Shown here: positions 61,019 to 64,000 of the stretch, piece after piece | Numbering within the stretch: position 1 is the first letter of the stretch | How the letters are laid out: every line of letters starts with the position of its first letter | NCBI GenBank assembly: GCA_039208735.1 | Contig: JBCCQY010000003.1 | Location: 64,001 to 128,000 of the forward strand | Length of the DNA stretch: 64,000 bases | Reading direction: 5' to 3' | Source: Myxococcota bacterium | GTDB taxonomy: Bacteria > Myxococcota_A > UBA796 > GCA-2862545 | Translations under genes and position numbers: made by a program | The notes under the pieces: generated by a model | What the model saw: the letters and a program-made list of their open reading frames with translations, nothing else | What the model was told of the DNA's origin: nothing | The model's database searches: none

Positions 61019-61873
61019 CTACCCCGCATGCGTCGCCATCTCGACAAGCCAATCCGTCACTGCGCGGACACGGGGCACTTGCACGAGGTCGGGGTGCGTA
61101 ACGAGCCAGACCGGGTCGTCGTAGACCGGAGCGGCGGCATTGAGCGGCACCAGCTCGGGGTAGGGCTCCGCCAAGATGTCAGGCAGCAGCGCCATCCCCA
61201 GCCCAGCGACACAGGCCTGCACGATCGCCGACAGCTCGGTCGATCGCATGACCGGCATGATGCGGGGGGCTTCCTCGACCCAAGGGTGTCGGGCTAGCAA
61301 CAGCAGGGCCTCTTTGCCTTCGAGGTCGGTGAGTTCTTCGTTGAGCCCCCGCCCCTCCAACCAGGACCGCGCGGCGTACAGACGAGACTGCACGGTCAAC
61401 AGGCGCCGGGCGATCAGGGTGGGGTCCGTGGGACGACCGATGCGCAACGCCAGATCGGCTTCCCCCCGGCTGATGTCGACGTTGTGCGGTGTACACCAGA
61501 GATCGACCCGCAGTTCAGGGTACTGCGCGCGCAAGTCGGGCAGCCTTGGGGCGATCATCTGGCTTGCCACCGTCTCGATGGTGGAGATTCGAACCCGTCC
61601 TACCGGGCGGTCGCTCTCGCCCCCAGCAAGTCGGATGACGTCGGTGGCTGCACCTTCCGCTCGCTCCGCCGCGGGCACCATTCGCCGCCCCGCGGGCGTG
61701 GCGACCCACCCTCGCGACCCTCGCACGAACAACTTGGTCCTTAGGCCTTCTTCCAAGGCGGCGATGCGACGGCCCACCGTGGTCGGATCAACCCGCAAGG
61801 ACCGGCCTGCGGCCACGAGGGTGCCTTCGCGATGCACTGCGAGGAAGTACCTGAGGTCCGACCAGTCGTACAT
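61019..61873 (-). CDS. LysR family regulator
   Basis: MYDWSDLRYFLAV...TTVGRRIAALE...LFVR; EADLALR. Confidence 0.93.
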   Translation of the reverse strand: MYDWSDLRYFLAVHREGTLVAAGRSLRVDPTTVGRRIAALEEGLRTKLFVRGSRGWVATPAGRRMVPAAERAEGAATDVIRLAGGESDRPVGRVRISTIETVASQMIAPRLPDLRAQYPELRVDLWCTPHNVDISRGEADLALRIGRPTDPTLIARRLLTVQSRLYAARSWLEGRGLNEELTDLEGKEALLLLARHPWVEEAPRIMPVMRSTELSAIVQACVAGLGMALLPDILAEPYPELVPLNAAAPVYDDPVWLVTHPDLVQVPRVRAVTDWLVEMATHAG

Positions 61874-61898
61874 GTCTGCAGTGTAGCGGTTCTGTGTC

Positions 61899-61912
61899 CT
61901 GCACATCTGCAG
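61899..61912. promoter_or_regulatory. dyad CTGCA-N4-TGCAG, candidate LysR operator
   Basis: palindrome between the divergent LysR gene and a small ORF; TCTGCAGTG also repeated at 61875. Confidence 0.35.
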
Positions 61913-61984
61913 TGGAAGGCTGCGAATCTGGCCCTGGTAGTGGCCCAAAAAGCAGGTGATTCCAGGAACAACCGAGGAGGTCTT

Positions 61985-62191
61985 GTGACTTGGTTCGCCA
62001 TGGATGATCTGTTCGAGAACGCCACCCTCGATTTCGAGGTCACGCCCGAAGAGGTGCTCGCTGACTTGCTCTACCACGGCGAAGGGCGGAGACCCCTCGA
62101 CGAACTGGAAGATTCGCTCGAGGCACCGGTCGTCGACGTAGAGCGCCTCCCCAAGTCGAATGGGCGCGAGTGGTGGACCCGCTTCTTCTAA
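61985..62191 (+). CDS. small acidic protein
   Basis: GAGGAGG RBS before GTG; GC-rich third codon positions; ends WWTRFF. Confidence 0.6.
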   Translation: MTWFAMDDLFENATLDFEVTPEEVLADLLYHGEGRRPLDELEDSLEAPVVDVERLPKSNGREWWTRFF

Positions 62192-62197
62192 GCACGT

Positions 62198-62242
62198 GGA
62201 GCGGGGCCCCGAGGTTGTACCCGACCCCGGGGCCAAGGCTCC
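62198..62242 (-). terminator. 3' GC-rich hairpin (terminator or stabilising stem)
   Basis: GGCCCCGGGGU/ACCUCGGGGCC stem plus GGAGC/GCUCC; no U-tract. Confidence 0.45.
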
Positions 62243-62583
62243 GCGATTTCAGTGACCCACGACGTTGAATCGCCCGCATCAGGTTCAGTGGCCGACGTCT
62301 TACTGCTAGACCATGGCTCCATAGTTTTGGGGGAGCCAGGAAGAATTGCACCTCCGTCTTCGGCCGGAGGAGCGGGAGAACTCGAGAGGGTCACCACGGA
62401 AAATGCATCAGTCTCGGAGGATTCGGTTTAGGTGTCGTCGTCGACCACGGCTTTACCGCTGCGTCTGCCAAGTTCCGCCAACCCTGCCCAAGAGATTGCA
62501 GGGTGTAGGATTCGAACCTACACGTCGACGAATTCAGTCTGAAATCCTGAGCTTCAGCTTGCCTCCTGGACCCCAAGGGGTCC
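62198..62583 (-). ncRNA. structured RNA with two circularly permuted tRNA-like domains (YrlA/Y-RNA-like architecture)
   Basis: two T arms, each followed by a perfect 7-bp loop-closed acceptor stem and then a D arm; long closing helices; wobble pairs favour the minus strand; exact ends uncertain. Confidence 0.85.
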
Positions 62584-62898
62584 GAATCTGGCTTAACCGG
62601 TCAGGTGTTGAGTTCCGCCCGCATGGCCGCCACCCGCGATGCCCAAGTGGCTCGTTCGGCGTGGCAATGGCGTACGGTCTGCTCGAGATCAGCGCCTTCG
62701 AGCTGAAGAAGAGTCGAGGCGAAGTTCGCCTTGCGACGAAAGAACCCATCGAGCCCCTGACGGATCCATCCCAGTTTGCTCCATCGGAAAGGAGTAACCT
62801 TGAGTATTGATGAAATCGTGGCGATGGTGCACCTCGATAGTTACATTAGGTTTAGTAGAGAAAGGCCTGATTGAACCATAAAAATTGGGCAATCTGCT

Positions 62899-63711
62899 TT
62901 ACCTACTACGACCTTGGGGCCCTTGCAAGGTGCGCCGAACGAACGACACAATCGCATCTCGTGTGATGTTGGGCCGCTCTCGGGGTGGACTGTGGCCACA
63001 ATGGGCCAGCCTCAATTGGTCTACCGGGCCCGATGCGTGCTTCACGATTGCGTCGCACTGCGCCATGGTGCCAAACGCATCGTCGTACCCCTGAATCAGC
63101 AACGTCGGCACGTCCAGACGAGCCACCTCTTCGGTCATCGTCCAGCTGCGGAACGAAGGCGAGAGCCAAACCGTGGACCAGGCGTCGAACGTGCGATCGA
63201 TGTTGCGATGGTACCGCGCGAGGCGTTCTCGGAACTTGGAGTCAGGAAAGCTCTCGCGAAGGGCCGCGATGGCGGTGATGCAGATGTCTTCCACAAAGAC
63301 GTGCGGCGCGATGGCCACCACCCCTTCCACGTTGGGTTGTTGCGGGTCGCTCGCATAAAGCAGGGCGATCGATGCGCCATCGCTATGCCCGATCAGAATG
63401 CGGGGCCGTTTTCGAAGGGCCGGGTGGGTGTCAAAAAGCACCGACAGCAGAGCGGGAAGCTCCTCTTCGGCCGCTTCGTTGAGGAATCTCGCGGTTCGGG
63501 GCCCGGGCAGTTCGTCTGACGTGCCGTAGCCCTGTCGGCTGTAGATCAGCGCAGGGGATTCGCAGTCGTTGGCGATCTGGGTGGGCCAGTCTCGCCAGTG
63601 GAGGACGGAACCGAGCCCTTGGTGCAGGAAGAGCAGGAGGGGCCCGGGAGCATCGGGGTGGACGATCGCAACCTCAAGGTCGACGCCCGCCACCGACCAC
63701 CGTTGCGTCAT
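62899..63711 (-). CDS. alpha/beta hydrolase
   Basis: FLHQGLGS, GHSDGASIAL, QGYDD, CGHSP; ATGA overlap with upstream gene. Confidence 0.92.
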   Translation of the reverse strand: MTQRWSVAGVDLEVAIVHPDAPGPLLLFLHQGLGSVLHWRDWPTQIANDCESPALIYSRQGYGTSDELPGPRTARFLNEAAEEELPALLSVLFDTHPALRKRPRILIGHSDGASIALLYASDPQQPNVEGVVAIAPHVFVEDICITAIAALRESFPDSKFRERLARYHRNIDRTFDAWSTVWLSPSFRSWTMTEEVARLDVPTLLIQGYDDAFGTMAQCDAIVKHASGPVDQLRLAHCGHSPPRERPNITRDAIVSFVRRTLQGPQGRSR

Positions 63712-64000
63712 CCCTCGAACAACCAGCGAAAGACCTTGGCCCCCATCTCTTGTCGCTTGACTTCGAGATCGTTGGCCCGAGAGCGGGCGCGTTTGACCGC
63801 ATTTCGCAGCGCTTCCAGCCGTTCGAGCAGGGCTTCCTTGCGCGGCGTGGGCAGGGCCCCGGACAAGTGGGTGGTGTGCCAGTGCCCAATGATGACGTCT
63901 TCGGTGATCAGTTGGGTCTGGGCGGGAATCGCGTGATCGTCCTTCACCACCGCATCGTAGAGCACGATGGGGCGCTGGACCTTTTTGGTCTTGTGCGTGA
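63708..64000 (-). CDS. conserved hypothetical protein, C-terminal part (DUF7873-like by recollection)
   Basis: frame open to the window edge: KTKKVQRPIVLY...PAQTQLITEDVIIGHW.T..LSGALP..RK..LLERLE.L..AVK.AR..AN. Confidence 0.75.
   Translation of the reverse strand, partial: THKTKKVQRPIVLYDAVVKDDHAIPAQTQLITEDVIIGHWHTTHLSGALPTPRKEALLERLEALRNAVKRARSRANDLEVKRQEMGAKVFRWLFEG

Noticed and set aside
62358..62364. GCCGAAG matching the bacterial Ro-binding consensus as I recall it
   Set aside because: It sits at the tRNA-like junction rather than in the terminal stem; short and likely coincidental
62332..62487. Ordinary or intron-containing tRNA made from the module 1 5' half and module 2 3' half
   Set aside because: GCAGGGU cannot pair with UGGCUCC; each acceptor strand pairs only within its own permuted module
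62497..62523. tRNA-Leu 3' fragment as the attachment site of an integrated element
   Set aside because: A perfectly complementary 5' half and D arm follow 10 nt later, a second permuted module is adjacent, and no integrase is visible in the window
62252..62548. Two-piece (permuted) tmRNA
   Set aside because: No G3-U70 alanine acceptor, full D stems are present, there are two tRNA-like domains, and no tag-like ORF is evident
62188..62892. ORF-track entries across the RNA region (62188-62397, 62346-62810, 62391-62576, 62534-62749, 62689-62892)
   Set aside because: No recognisable motifs or RBS; the region is better explained by RNA structure
1..64000. CRISPR array, rRNA, canonical tRNA, transposase or prophage
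   Set aside because: None seen by eye; short or degenerate elements could have been missed

Overview
High-GC, gene-dense window of about 60 CDSs. A Myxococcota-like host is inferred from a GltF/CglF-like gene, two TIGR02147/DUF4423-type HTH regulators, a Ser/Thr kinase, CHAT proteases and many lipoproteins. Most content is ordinary metabolism, transport and regulation (gltBD, lepB, bioY, acyl-CoA ligase, carotenoid oxygenase, MFS, Tad minor pilins). The standout feature is a ~390-nt non-coding stretch on the minus strand (62198-62583). It folds into two tandem, circularly permuted tRNA-like domains, each with its acceptor stem closed by a loop and each sitting on a long closing helix. One domain is tRNA-Leu-like, opened at the variable arm, with a vestigial anticodon arm. 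The other is YrlA/Y-RNA-like, opened at the anticodon stem, with CCA in the acceptor loop. The RNA lies downstream of a co-oriented conserved hypothetical gene (DUF7873-like by my recollection) and an alpha/beta hydrolase, and no Ro60/TROVE gene is present in the window. A second notable locus is a coupled operon encoding a catalytically dead M48-type protease, a GTPase-dead dynamin-like protein and an intact dynamin-like protein. All family calls come from reading motifs by eye; no searches were run.
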